In this document: positions 1 to 11,730 of the stretch, one piece after another | Layout of the letters: the number at the start of each line of letters is the position of its first letter | Numbering within the stretch: the first letter of the stretch is position 1 | NCBI RefSeq assembly: GCF_027887165.1 | Contig: NC_077230.1 | Span: 289,270,949-289,334,948, forward strand | Length of the DNA stretch: 64,000 bases | Source: Monodelphis domestica | Taxonomy: Eukaryota | Direction of reading: 5' to 3' | Program-made: the position numbers and the translations under genes | Notes under the pieces: model-generated | The model's database searches: none | What the model saw: only the letters and a program-made list of their open reading frames with translations | Told to the model about the DNA's origin: nothing

Positions 1-249
1 CTATCTCTTTACTGATTAAAGACTTGGTTTTTGCTGACTACTTTAGTAGTTCAGTGTTATTTCCAAGTTAACAATGGGAAGGAAATAAAACTCTGGATGT
101 ATAGTTTGGGTGCCCTTTTCTGTTAAAGAATAGTAATTAGGAGCTTAACTTGCATCTAAAAATTACTTCCCTTGGAAGAACAATCTTTAACATTTATTAC
201 CTATCTGTTATGTACTACTGTGCTAAGTGCTAGGGATACAAAAAGAGGC

Positions 250-281
250 AAAAAACAAAACAAAACAAAACAAAAAAAAAA
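250..281. repeat. (CAAAA)n / A-rich simple repeat inside a MIR remnant
   Basis: The repeat reads caaaacaaaacaaaacaaaaaaaaa. Confidence 0.85.
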
Positions 282-322
282 CCAGTCCCTGACCTCAAGG
301 AACTTAAATGGGAGAGAAAACA

Positions 323-324
<2 letters not shown>

Positions 325-370
<46 letters not shown>
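325..370. repeat. (CA)23 microsatellite
   Basis: The repeat is seen directly in the sequence. Confidence 0.95.
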
Positions 371-371
<1 letters not shown>

Positions 372-3039
372 CAAGCTTTATGCAAGATAAATTGGAAAGA
401 ATTAATAGAGGAAAGGAAAAAAAAGAGGGATTAGAGAAGGTTTTATTTAGAGGGTGGGATTTTAGTTGGGATTTAAAAGAAGCCAGGGAAGTCGGTAGGC
501 AGAGTGGTGGAGAATATTCCAGATATGGGGAACATGTCTGGAGGCCAAGAAATTGAGTGTCTTGTTCATAATGCAGCAAGAAGGCCAGTGTCACTAAATC
601 AAAGAGAATTTGGCAAGGACTAAGGTAGTCTAGAAAGTAGACTATAAAAGTAGGAGGGGGCTAGGTATAGAGGACTTTGAATGCCAAAAAAGAGCATGGA
701 AGGGGGCTTATTTGAGAGATGTTGCAAAGATGAAATTGGCTGACCTTGGCAACAGATTGAATATGGAAGGTCAGATAGATTGAACAATTCACAATGACTC
801 CTAGGTTGAAAGCCTGAGGGATTGGGAGGATGGAGTTACCAACAGTAATAGGTAGGAGGAGGGGTGGGTTTGTGGGGGGGAATGAATTTTATTTTTGATG
901 TATTAAGTTGTCTGAAAGGCAATTGGAAATGCATGATTGGAAGTTAGCAGAGTATAGGGCTAGATAAGTAGATCTGAGAAACATTAGCATAGAAATGGTC
1001 ATTAAATATTTGGGAGTGAATGAGATCAACAAACAGTAAGGGAGTCAATACATATAATTATAGTCCAGTCTCTTGTTTCTCTGAGGACAGTGACCACATT
1101 TGGTCTCAGCCTACTCCTTTCCCTTCTTGGCAGGAATCAAGGTTTTCCATGTAGAAGGATAGAAAAAAGAGAAAATAGAAATATCCATTCTTTCCTTCCT
1201 TCTAGCCATTTGTAGAAGTTCTAGGTATTCCAAAACCTCTTTAAAGGTCCCAGAGAACCCTGGGTAGGAGTGAGATATAAGATACTTGTCTTTCAGGCAA
1301 TGAGGCTGGGATGTTAGTCGGTATTATGCTGGGATGTTAGTCGGTATTATACTTGTAGTGTTACACTTAACTCTCTTCACCTGTTTTCTCATCTGCAAGA
1401 TGAGTCTGGAATAGATGATTTCTAAGAAAACTTCCAATTTTTAATTATTTAAGTATTTGGAACCATGCTTCATTTGCCTTGCATCATCCTCAGTGGCCTA
1501 GGATCCAATATTTCTTCACTTCAACTTCAGAAGATCAGTACAATTGGGCCTCATATCTATTGAATTAGGTACCCTCAATTAGCCATAAAAAAATTGGAGA
1601 ATTCCAGAAATTAAAAACACAACCAGTTCATAAGTTTCAAACCACCCACCAAGTTGAGTACAGGCTATAAGGTGAAGTCCACCAGCCCACTACATAACTC
1701 ATCTGTGTGAGTTTATGTTGTTGTCCTTTGTTTTCAAAGAGAACTAATAACAACACAGCATGATGTCTTGGCATCCCATGAATTGGACTCAAATGAGGTA
1801 AAGTTTTACAGAGTTGTTAGCCTCACCCTCTCCCAGAGTCAGCAAAGTCCAATGGCAAGAGAAAAGTCAGGGTAATTAGTGATAACCTGGGATACAGTGG
1901 ATGACCTTAATGTTTGATCTCTAAGAGATACTTTTTACAGGAGTGGAGCCTGCTGCTCATGCTACAGTTTCTTGGAACCACAGGTGAGAATTGAGTGCCA
2001 GGTAGACACCAAAGGTAGGTGAGCAGCCTGTGAAAAGGGTTCAGCAAGCCCTTACACCAAGGTTCTAGTCCTCCTTGAACATCCATCCAATCCAATAGAG
2101 TAAGGTACTTTGTAATAATTTATAGTGCATTTTATTACTGTATTTAATGCTAATTAACATTATCATATATGTATAAGAAAACCACATGCATGTGACCAGC
2201 CATCTATGATAGGTTTTGGAATGTATCCCAAAGATATGGACTCCCTACTAGTAGTTTCTTCAGATTCTTTTTGATTGAAATTGTATTTCTAGCACTTAGT
2301 GCAACACCTACTATTTAGTAACCTTGGAATACTTTATTCTTTTTCTAAAGTGTAGCAGTCCACCCTTAGCTATGGGCAAGGGAAACAGTATGTACAGAGG
2401 GGCTTAGAAGAGAGCATGCTCAGTCTTGTGCATGGCTAGGAAAGCCTCTGACCCTTGACCCCAGCTTCCCCCAGGTTAGGTGGGAAAACAGTGTGCTCAC
2501 CTGGCTAAGAGAAACCACACCTATACCTTGTCATTAACCAATGATAATCATCCCTATGTATTATGTCATATCAAAGAGATTAAATACTGGGCCACAGCAG
2601 GCTCCGCCCTCTCTTCCCTCTTCTCTCTTCCTCACTTAGATCTCAGCTCTCACTGATGCCTGTCCTTGCTCCATCTTTGATTCCTTTCCTTATCTACCTC
2701 TCCCACCTGGCCTTTGGCCAGGCACTTTCTTTTCTCTATCATGTCTCTGACCTGTGTGGTATTAAATTTGGATCTTGGGACGGGTATAAGCCTTCTGAGT
2801 AGTCCCCTGATCGGAGTTTTTGCTGTGGCTCCTTGATAATTAATAAGGCCTGGATTTCTGACTCATTCCTGCCACCTCATATCTCTAATTTGACTCTGCC
2901 ACCCCCCCCTCGCGGCATACAGAACTTCTATCCTTCCTCTATCTTCCTATCTTGAGGCTTCTCGTGGGTTCGAGGAAGCTTCATAAAGCCTTAAGGAATC
3001 CCTCTTAATACTAATACTTCCCTCTATTACTCCAATATA

Positions 3040-3190
3040 TTCTGCATATATCTTGTTTGAATATACAAATAATTGTACACAAATAGTTAGTTGAAAGCAG
3101 GGACTCTTTTCTTTATATTCCCAGAGATTAGTCAATAACCATTATATAGCAGGCACATAATAGATGCTATTGGCTGACTTTACTTGGTTA
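3040..3190. mobile_element. MIR/Ther-like SINE 3' tail (…agcagggactcttttctttatattcccagagattagtcaataaccattatatagcaggcacataatagatgctattggctgac)
   Basis: The fragment matches the widespread SINE tail pattern …gcagggactgtcttt…ccccagcgcttagcacagtgcctggcacatagtaggcacttaataaatgcttgttgac. Similar tails occur at 5640-5760 and 28030-28115. Confidence 0.55.
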
Positions 3191-3559
3191 TTTGAATTGA
3201 TAAATTAAGGGCAAAACACACTGCTTATACTTCCTAGGCATTTTAATAAATATTTGTGGAATTGAATTACCAGGCTCCTATCACTGCCAATTCTCAAAAT
3301 ATTACCATTTTTTAAAAGGTTTAGCCAAGTGAAGGTCCTAAGGAAAAACAAACCAACTTCCACAACCATCCCTGCCTCAATATTGATGACACTGGACAGT
3401 ATTATCATTTTAATAATTTATTACACTTGTGGCTGTCGAGGGGAAATTTTGGATACCTCAATTTTACCCCTGTCCTTTTAGAAACCCCAGTGCTAGGCAC
3501 ACCTGTTTTGGATTGGAACTATAGACTTTAAAACTGTTTGGTACCCTTGTGTGGGAGGG

Positions 3560-3985
3560 ATCAGTGGACATAGTAAAAATTGAGTGCCTTTGTTTTAGAA
3601 GCTTCTTTTATTATGTTAAAGTTCTCTCTGGAAGCCCAGCTTAGTTTGACCCTTTCTTTTGTAATTGTTATAGTTGAGGGCTCCCTGCTACCCCTGAGGC
3701 TGGCTGCAGACCTGTCTATGCAGGCTTGCCATACCCAGTTCTCCAGAGGGTATGAGAGACCCCCAAGCTCTGTCCCTCTTCGGAGCTGGCATCTAGGGGG
3801 GTGTCTTTTCCCAGAGATACGCTCCCAGTCTCTAGGGTGCAGGTCTTGTGTAGATTTTGGCGCTGGGCTCCGTGTGGCTGCCAAATGTTGGACTTATCCC
3901 TGTTCCTGATTAAAGAGTGGTTTTTCTAACTACCTTGGTAGTTCTGTATTATTTCCAAGTTAACATGGCAAATGAATATAAATTG
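3560..3985. repeat. Repeat element upstream of the promoter whose last ~90 bp recur at window positions 1-95
   Basis: The segment 3895-3985 (ctgattaaagagtggtttttctaactaccttggtagttctgtattatttccaagttaacatggcaaatgaatataaa) is ~85% identical to 1-95 (…ctgattaaagacttggtttttgctgactactttagtagttcagtgttatttccaagttaacaatgggaaggaaataaaa). Confidence 0.5.
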
Positions 3986-4724
3986 CAATGATTCACCCTA
4001 AGCCATTCCTGATCTCGTTCTCAGGTCCTACTTTTGACCCTGAACCCGTTTTCTTCAATAGGCAAAGGTGGTCTTATTTCTCAGGTCATCTTGATGCTTT
4101 TAGACGTTAGGGATGTGTATTTGGGATCAAGTTAAGGAGTTCGAAGTGGGCAACACGCATAGCGTTTCTAGGATGATCTTGGAATTAGAAAGATGAAATA
4201 TTTTAAATTTCCTGGGTACGAATCCACAGAGAAGCGCTAAGTGGAATACTATGACTCCAGAGAGAGAAGACAAGAGTAGGGTTCGGAAAAAACTGATCAT
4301 CCAGATAGCAGGACCTCCAAAGCCCTAGTGAGGGAGGCCATACCCCTCAATCCCGAGAGGCGAACAGTTTGACTGGCTTCCCAAACCTGGCCGACGCCCC
4401 TCAAACCCCATTCACCTAGGACGAGCGCAGCCCCTCTTTCTCTCGCTTCCTGAGATCCAGAGCCGGGCCCACTAAACCTTCATCTCGGACTCCCAAGTCC
4501 CCACCCTCTGCCCACCCCCTTTCCTCAAGAAGCTACTTAGCGAAAGTCTTATTTCCTTCCCTTCCCCAACCTTAAAAACTCCCAGGCTCGGCTTCCCTTT
4601 CCTTTACCTACATACAGTAAACCTTCAACCCCTTCCGCCCTCCCCTAGCACTCCCCTAGCTCCACCTTCAACCACCGTGTTTCGCAGCCAGACCTTCCCT
4701 CCCTCCGTTCCATCAGCGTGCACG

Positions 4725-4922
4725 ATGATTGGCTCTGGAGAATCGCCCCTCCTGGGCGGTGGAATCGCTCCCATTGGTGTCCGGTCGCTATGGCGTGGCT
4801 CGTCCGTCAAAGCCAATTGGTGACGGCCGCTGCCCCGCGAGATACCCCGGAGAGGCGTGTGTCGCAGCCACTTTTCCTCTGGCGGTTTGAAATTCCTACA
4901 TCATGGCGGCAGCGATTGGCGC
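4725..4922. promoter_or_regulatory. Cluster of CCAAT/ATTGG (NF-Y type) boxes: gattgg ~4727, ccattgg ~4773, palindromic ccaattgg ~4813, gattgg ~4914
   Basis: The motifs are seen directly in the sequence, immediately upstream of and overlapping the start codon. Multiple CCAAT boxes are typical of TATA-less CpG-island promoters. Confidence 0.5.
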
Positions 4923-5136
4923 GAGCGGGGGCGCTGTCAGTACCGCTACCGCTGCCGCTACTGCGGCGTCGGGCTCTGATAGCTGTAGCGAGGACGCGTC
5001 GGGAGGAGTAGCAGAAGAAGCGGGAGGCTTGGAGAAGGACGACGTCATGCAGGCGGCCGAGGCCTTAGGGGAGAGCGAGGAAGACGGAGAAGATGTGTTC
5101 GAGGTGGAGAAGATCCTGGACGTGAAGACCGAGGGG
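4903..5136 (+). CDS. MPHOSPH8: MPHOSPH8 (MPP8) coding exon 1: Ala/Ser/Gly/Glu-rich N-terminus ending ...EEDGEDVFEVEKILDVKTEG (start of the chromodomain)
   Basis: The ATG sits in a strong Kozak context (acatcATGG). The translation matches the MPP8 N-terminus/chromodomain start (GESEEDGEDVFEVEKILD.KTEG). A GTGAGT donor follows at 5137. The exon is 234 nt and ends in phase 0. Confidence 0.85.
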
Positions 5137-8100
5137 GTGAGTGAGAGCGAGGGAGAGGGAGATCCTGGAGCCTATGGGACCCGGGCGGCGTCCCATTCGG
5201 GCCAGGTTCCCTCCCATTGCAGATCCTAAGGAAGGAGCTGACCCTTGCTCTCAGGCCCTTGGGGCTATGCTTTGGGCAGGGGATGGCAGTTGTCGGCCCT
5301 GACCCCTCGCCGAGGGCCCGGACTCCCAGGGAAGGCAACACGCTCCCGGCTCAGGCCCAGGAGGGTACCAACAGATCGGCCTGCTTTCACCTCCTCTGAG
5401 GTTTCCCACCTTTAAAGCTCTCCGGCGTCCTGTCGACGCCCATCTCTATCCACCCTCTCAGCCCCGGAAGCCCACCTTGCAGGTCTGACGTTGGCGCAGC
5501 CCTGTCTAGGCTTTGGGGGCGTGGGAGCGGAGAAATTGCTTGGGTGGCCTGAGCTACTAGGATTGGGCCTATGTGCTTTTTCTCTAGACTGAGGTGAGTG
5601 TCCAGCAGAGGGCTGAGGTCATTTCTGGCCAGAGGCATTCGACTGTGAGCTCATTGAGAGCTGGGGCTATTGTTATTATTTGGGGACTTTAGAATCTCCA
5701 GCCATTAGTACTGTGCTCTGCGCATAATAAGCGCTTAATAAAATTCTAGTTGATTGACTAGTTCACGTGAGCCAGTGAAATGGAAGTGAGGTTTGCTGTG
5801 GAGATACCATTCACTGTAAGGGTGCATTAGTACGTGGTGGAGGGAGAGGTGTTGGCAGTTAGAAATTTATACGGCGACCCCTTTAGCTTTGGTGGATGGG
5901 GTGAGTGAGTTGACAGTTTAATAAGACTTAAAGACCTTTTCACTTGCCGAATGGAATAGATTGGAATTAGAATACAAATAAGGAGTCTCATGGTGGGGGT
6001 GGGGTTAGTGTAGTTAAGACATGAAATTTAAGGCCTGGATCAGGACTAAAGCTGAATGTTAAGGGCTCTGAGCACAGGAAGATTTGATTACTTTTAAAAT
6101 AGTATATGATGAGAGAGGAGTGGAAAATGATGACAGTAGTATTTGTCTGTAGGATGGGATGCACTGGTGCCTTGGTATATGTTTTGAGAAGTCAGAGTGT
6201 TGAAAGTATTTAGGAAAAGCCTGTATAAACAAATTACTATTAACAGGGGAAAAGAGAATCTTAGTCTTTAGTTTAAAATGACAGACTAGCCGAATCCAGC
6301 AGTGATTATTGATTATCTCCCCACCCCCACTCCATTTCTTATAGGGTTTTTTTTTCCGGAACACTCATTTAATTCTGTTATGCTGTCTTGTATGCCAGTT
6401 CTCTCTTCTTTGATTGTCTTGGTTCCATTGAACTGTTTTAAACCTCTTCGTATTTGTATATATATACATATCTTGTACCTTGAGTATAGGAAGATACACA
6501 GTTTGCTGATAATATTAATCTTTATAATAGAAAATTTAGGGGATGTACTCATATTTATGTAATTATTTTTGTTGCTGATTACTTATACACTAATACCTAA
6601 AAAACCTTATGCTTCAGTGTTATAATCAAAATAAGGAATGGGAGCATGAAATCAAGGAACTACAAGTATGTGGGAAGATTAGCAAAGTAGAATAGATTGA
6701 GAATCGTAATTCTGTTCTAATCTGTCTCACAACAAACCTGTAAGGTACGTTGTTATTATCACCTTCTTTTTATAGATGAGGAAACTGGCTCATAAAGGTT
6801 GCAACATGCTTGTGGTAACACAGCTAATACATATTAGACAGAAGACTTGAACCTAGGTATTCATAATTCTCAATCTTCCTAAATCATATTGCCTGATCAG
6901 TCATTCAGCTATTTGTTGGAGTAATAATAGTAGGCCACATTTATATACTGCTTTAAAAGGCCTACAGAAGTATACTAGGTCCTCTTCACAAACAGAGCAT
7001 CATATTTAATGAATCATTTAGTAAGAGACAATACAAAATAATTTTCAGCGTTTCTATGTTAATATAATTTCTTCTTACCCTTTTAACCATCAGTCATATG
7101 TTGAACACCTATGTACTATGTACTATGACTTGCCTTTCAAGGGAACTGAAATGTGTGCCACAAAAGATGTATGTATGCTTCAAAAGAATTGCCTTTTGGA
7201 GTTGTTGGCACTGCTCACTTTTTACAAGGCAATTATGAGATGTCAAAAAACCAGATGAATAGTACAAGACTGTAAGTACTATGAATTTATTGAAAGGAAA
7301 AATCCTTGTGGGAGTTTTACTGAACTAGAGAAATACAACTAGGAGATGGTATAGCAAGGGAAGGGATTAGAATGAGGAAAGAGTCAAAGGAAAGACAAAC
7401 AGATGCTTGATAAATGTTTGTTGTAGGATGATGATCAAGGAAGGATGGGTTCATGGAGGAAATGTCATCCGAGTTGACTTTTAAAGTAAGGGAAGTGTTC
7501 AGCAGGCTAGAAATATGGGAAATCATTCCAGATACATATCATATCATCAGCAAAAAGGAGATGGGATAGGATCCACAAAAAGTGATGATTCTCTCCTACT
7601 TATCTATCATTCCTGCCCGTTTGTCAGCCTCCAATGCAAACTGCCTTCCAGACATCTCAAACTGGATATCCATGGACACTTAAAAATCAACATTTCCAAA
7701 ACAAAAATAATTATCTTTCCCACTAAACTCTCCTGCTTATTAAACTAAGTTTTCCTTTTATAAGGAGAGTACTTCCATCCTTCTATTCTTCACTGCTTGC
7801 AATGGAGATGTCATTCTTGATTCCTCATTTTCTTTTATCTCCCATATCCAATCCATTCATTTTACCTTTTCAACATCTTACCCCCCTTCTATCCTCTGAC
7901 AGTGTCATTACACTGTTGGTGAAAGCCCTCATCTCCTCACTATAGTAATAGCCTGTAGGTGGGTCTGCCTGCCTCATGTCTCTCCCCACTCTAGTCCATC
8001 CTCCAATCAGCCACTAAAGTGATTTTCCTAAAGCATGACTCACTGTCATCTCTCACTCTTATGTACTCCAGGGGCTCCCTATTTCCTCCAGGGACAAATC

Positions 8101-8545
8101 AAAATGCTCTGTTTAGTATTCAAAGCCCTTTCTAACTTAGCCCCCTCCTAACTTCCTGTCTTCTTGGTACTTAGTCCCTGCTACTTACTCTTTGATCTAG
8201 GGACACTGGCCCCTCTGGGTGCCTAATGAACAGGACATTCTATCGTCTCTCTTCTCTAGGTATTTTCTGTCTGTTCTTCATGTCTGGAACACTCTCTCTC
8301 CTCTCCACCTCCTAGCTTCTTTTAAGCTCCAATTAAAATCCCATCTTTTACAGAAAGTTTCCCCAACCCCTCTAAATTCTAGTGCCTTCCTTCTCGATTA
8401 TTTTCTGTTTACCCTGTCCATAGCTTTTTTTTGCATATGTTTATGTAGTGTCTCTTCCATTAGATTGTGAATTCCTTGAAAGCTCATCATTTGCCTCTTC
8501 TGGTGTTAGCACAGTGTTGGATTGAGCAGATGTTTAATGTTTTTT

Positions 8546-8571
8546 GACTTGACTGACTGACTGACTGACTG
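8546..8571. repeat. (GACT)6 microsatellite
   Basis: The repeat reads gacttgactgactgactgactgactg. Confidence 0.9.
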
Positions 8572-9043
8572 AAGTAGAGTAGTCTAGTCTGACTGGAAGC
8601 CTCTTCAAGGTAGTTTGGGAATCAGATTATGGAGGGCATTAAATGCCAAGCAGATGAGTTTGTTGTTTATTTAGTAGCAGGGAATGCTTACCACAGAAGA
8701 CTTTTGAGCAGAAAAGTACTGTGGTGAGATCCATGTGTTATGACTATGACTCAGGAACCTTTCAGAAAAGTAAGATAGGGGAGAGACATTAAGGCCTTAG
8801 AAACCTACTAGGAGATTGTTATAGGAAGGAATTCTGGGAAAGAAGAGGGGAGGACTTGAATGAGAAGCTAGGACAGGAGGAAAGAAAGCAAAAGCAGATG
8901 CTAGCTAAATTGGGGAGATAATGACAACTTGTTGAATGAAAAAGAGAAAAGAAAAGTGATGTCATTCTGAGAGAGCCTGGGACCAAGAGATGGTTGGTTC
9001 TGTCAACAGAAGTCTGGAAAGTGTTTTTAAAGCATATGGTATT

Positions 9044-9250
9044 TTTTTTTAAACCCTTACCTTCCATCTTGGAGTCAATACTGTCTGTTAGCTCCAAGGC
9101 AGATGAGTGGTAAGGGCTAGGCAATGGGTGTTAAGTGACTTGCCCAGGGTCACACAGCTGGGAGGTGTCTGAAGCCAGATTTGAACCTAGGACCTCCTAG
9201 GTTCCTCTCTAGGCCTGGCTCTCAATCCACTGAGCCACCCAGCTGCCCCC
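9044..9250 (-). mobile_element. tRNA-derived SINE (marsupial type), full length, with 17-bp TSD aaagcatatRgtattttt
   Basis: The reverse-complement SINE consensus text is visible (…tctcaatccactgagccacccagctgcccc). The target-site duplication is seen on both flanks. Confidence 0.8.
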
Positions 9251-9306
9251 AAAGCATATAGTATTTTTAAAGTCCACATATTCAGACATCTCATTCAAAA
9301 AGAGAT

Positions 9307-9468
9307 GTGGATGGACAACTAGGTAGCACAGTGGATGGAGCACCAGGACTAGAGTTGGAAGGACCTGGGTTCAAATTTGACCTCAAACATTTATTAGCTG
9401 CTTGACCCTGGGCAAGTCACTTAAGCCCTATTGCCTAGCCCTTGCCACTCTTATGTCTTAGAACTGAT
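9307..9468 (+). mobile_element. tRNA-derived SINE (related subfamily), inverted relative to the neighbouring SINE
   Basis: The copy reads gtggatggacaactaggtagcacagtggatggagcaccagg…ctgggcaagtcacttaagccc. Confidence 0.7.
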
Positions 9469-10531
9469 GTTTGTTTGTTTTTTAAAGATTGTATGAATCT
9501 ATAGTATCAAACACATACAAATTTTACTAACAAAATTTGTTCACTTCACTGAGTTCTAGAAGTCTCTTTTTAGTAACCTCATATTCATTTGATTGCATTT
9601 CACATTTCATTCCTGAATAAGTGAATGCTGGTAAATATATTTTATTCTATCAGACTCACTGTAGAATTTGTTTTAATATCTTGGGGGGATACATGATTTG
9701 AACTATATAGTATATTAAAATCCAAAGTTACAATGAGACTTTTTATCAAATTGCTTTTGGAACAGTTATTGGGTAGTGGAAAGAACATTTATTCCTTGGA
9801 TTCAGAGATGGAAGACGCAAGTTTAAATTTTCTCTGTCCAACTTATTAGTTATGTGACATTTAAACTGTCTTAATCTCAGTTTTCCATCTTTAAATTAGG
9901 GACAACATTGCTATTGTCAATATAGGTGAGGTATTTTGTGAAGTATAAAGTGCTATATAAATGTCAGCTTATACTACTGAATTTAAAGTACGTGTGTTTG
10001 CTGGATAAAATAGTGCAATTTTTCTCATGATTCTTGGAATTTGGTTTAAAAGCATATTGGAAGTTTCATATAGTAAAACTAAGAAAGGTACTTAACAAAT
10101 ATCATAAGTTGATCTTGGTTTGAAGTGTTTGAATTCAGGTCTTGATGCATTAGGGAATATATGCAATTTTGTATAAGGGAATATAAAATTGTTTTTAACT
10201 TGATCAATATAAAATAAAATTTTTTAATATCTTTTATTATAACTATTGGACTTGCTTCCTTATATTTATTGAATATTACTCCACTTAACTGTTATTTTAA
10301 ACCTTCAGAGCAGCTGCCAGCACAGAGCCAGCCTTGGCTATAGTTACATGAAACAGATAGACATATGAGAAAGTAACCTGAGAACAATTTATATGTGGGA
10401 GTTGGGTTGCTAGCTGTTTACTACTCCTAATATAACTGTTATGTTTGTTTTTAGTTGGCTCTTTGCCTATAGACCCAATGTTGCCCAGATGAATTCCATG
10501 ACACCTCCGACTATTATTTGGTAGAATTTTA

Positions 10532-10727
10532 TTTTTTTTAACCCTTAACTTTCTTCTTAGAATCAATACTGTATGTCCATTCTAAGGCAGAAGACTGTGG
10601 GGCTAGGCAATGTGGGGGTTGAATTCCCCAGGGTGACACATCTGGGAAATATCTGAGGTCACATTTGAACCTAGGAACTCTGTCTCTCAGCTTGGCTCTC
10701 AATCCACTGAGCCACCTGGCTGTTCCC
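10532..10727 (-). mobile_element. tRNA-derived SINE
   Basis: Reverse-complement SINE text is present (…ctctcaatccactgagccacctggctgttccc), with a poly-T at the 5' side. Confidence 0.75.
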
Positions 10728-11499
10728 TATTTGATAGAATTTTAAATAAGACAAGAAAATTAAAAAATAAGAACATTGGCATATCCCTTTTTGCAGGTGA
10801 ATGTGATGGTCTACTTTGAAAACCCTCCATTGAAGAAATTAATTGAGAGAAACTACAGTAGAGTTGCAGGCTAAAAAAATCAAAGAATCATTAGCATTCC
10901 TCTACAGTACTAACAACAAAACCAAGTTTATGTTTCCATTTAGTTAAATGTACTTGAGAAAGTGTTTATGATTCTTGTGCTTATTTTCTTTAGCATTGAG
11001 TGCCTATGCAGCATCTCTTATTGATCAGTGTTTCAGAAAATCCCAAATTAGCAGAATTACAAGATATATTATAATACACTATAATAGTATGACATTTTAA
11101 TGCCAATAAAGCGCTAGATGCAGAGTGATATAGTGGGTAAAAGATTGAGCCTGAAGTCAGGAAGACCTGGGTTATGATTTTGCCCCAGATACTTAATAGC
11201 TTCCCAAATCCAAGCTAGTCACTGAAACTTTGCTCTGTCCTAAAATAATTCTCTAGGACTTCTTATTACTTTTCTAGTCTATCATTTGTTTCTTGTTGAA
11301 GGACTTCCCATATTGGGATCGTTCCCAAATGTTTCTTGCAATGTTCTATTATAGCATCAGTATAATAATGATATTTGATATATCTAAAGCACTTTAAAGT
11401 TTACTAAGCATTTTACATACATTATTAGAGGTTCAACAACTCTGTTATGCTATGACTATCAATGTTTTACAAATGAGGAAACTGAGGCTCAGGGAGATT

Positions 11500-11730
11500 A
11501 AGTGACTTTGCTGGAATCTCCCTTTTCTACACATATTTCTGGCTGACCTCTTGTACATTGTTTTGAGTGAAAGAATATGCTGACTGTAGTTTTTTCATTG
11601 GATTTCTTGATCATTATTCACTCTGGTGTAAATTGCAGGATTTTGTTAGCATAGTTAGGTGGGAGATGAGCAATCTGCCTTTATTCAGACTGTCACCTTG
11701 ACCAGGAGTGTTGATTTTACAATTCTCATA
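11500..11730. repeat. Unclassified interspersed repeat, copy 1 (~230 bp)
   Basis: The copy is ~88% identical to 14690-14910 (ctttgctggaa.ctcccttttct…ttctggctgacctctt…gcaggrttttgt…gttaggtgggag…gactgtcaccttgac…ttgattttacaattct). Confidence 0.6.

Larger units (their letters stand above)
4370..5560. promoter_or_regulatory. CpG island / TATA-less promoter region of MPHOSPH8
   Basis: The region has high CpG density (many CG dinucleotides between 4380 and 5400), unlike the AT-rich surroundings. It contains exon 1 and its ATG, and no TATA box is visible. Confidence 0.7.

Noticed and set aside
1301-1349. Tandem duplication of a 23-bp unit gctgggatgttagtcggtattat
   Set aside because: It is real but trivial, most likely a replication-slippage duplication in intergenic sequence with no evident function.
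3561-3909. Overlapping 107-aa (-) and 109-aa (+) ORFs upstream of the promoter
   Set aside because: They lie inside a repeat element whose tail recurs at positions 1-95. I recognise no homology, and codon usage and stops elsewhere argue against coding. The two-strand ORFs most likely reflect local GC composition.
4903-5229. 108-aa ORF extending exon 1 past 5136 (…GVSESEGEGDPGAYGTRAASHSGQVPSHCRS)
   Set aside because: The tail is read-through into intron 1. The GTGAGT donor is at 5137 and the chromodomain continues in exon 2.
5045-5341. 98-aa Pro/Arg/Ser-rich antisense ORF in the CpG island (also 4718..5011 and 4625..4816)
   Set aside because: This is a GC-rich, stop-poor artefact antisense to or out of frame with exon 1. 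No start or splice context supports it.
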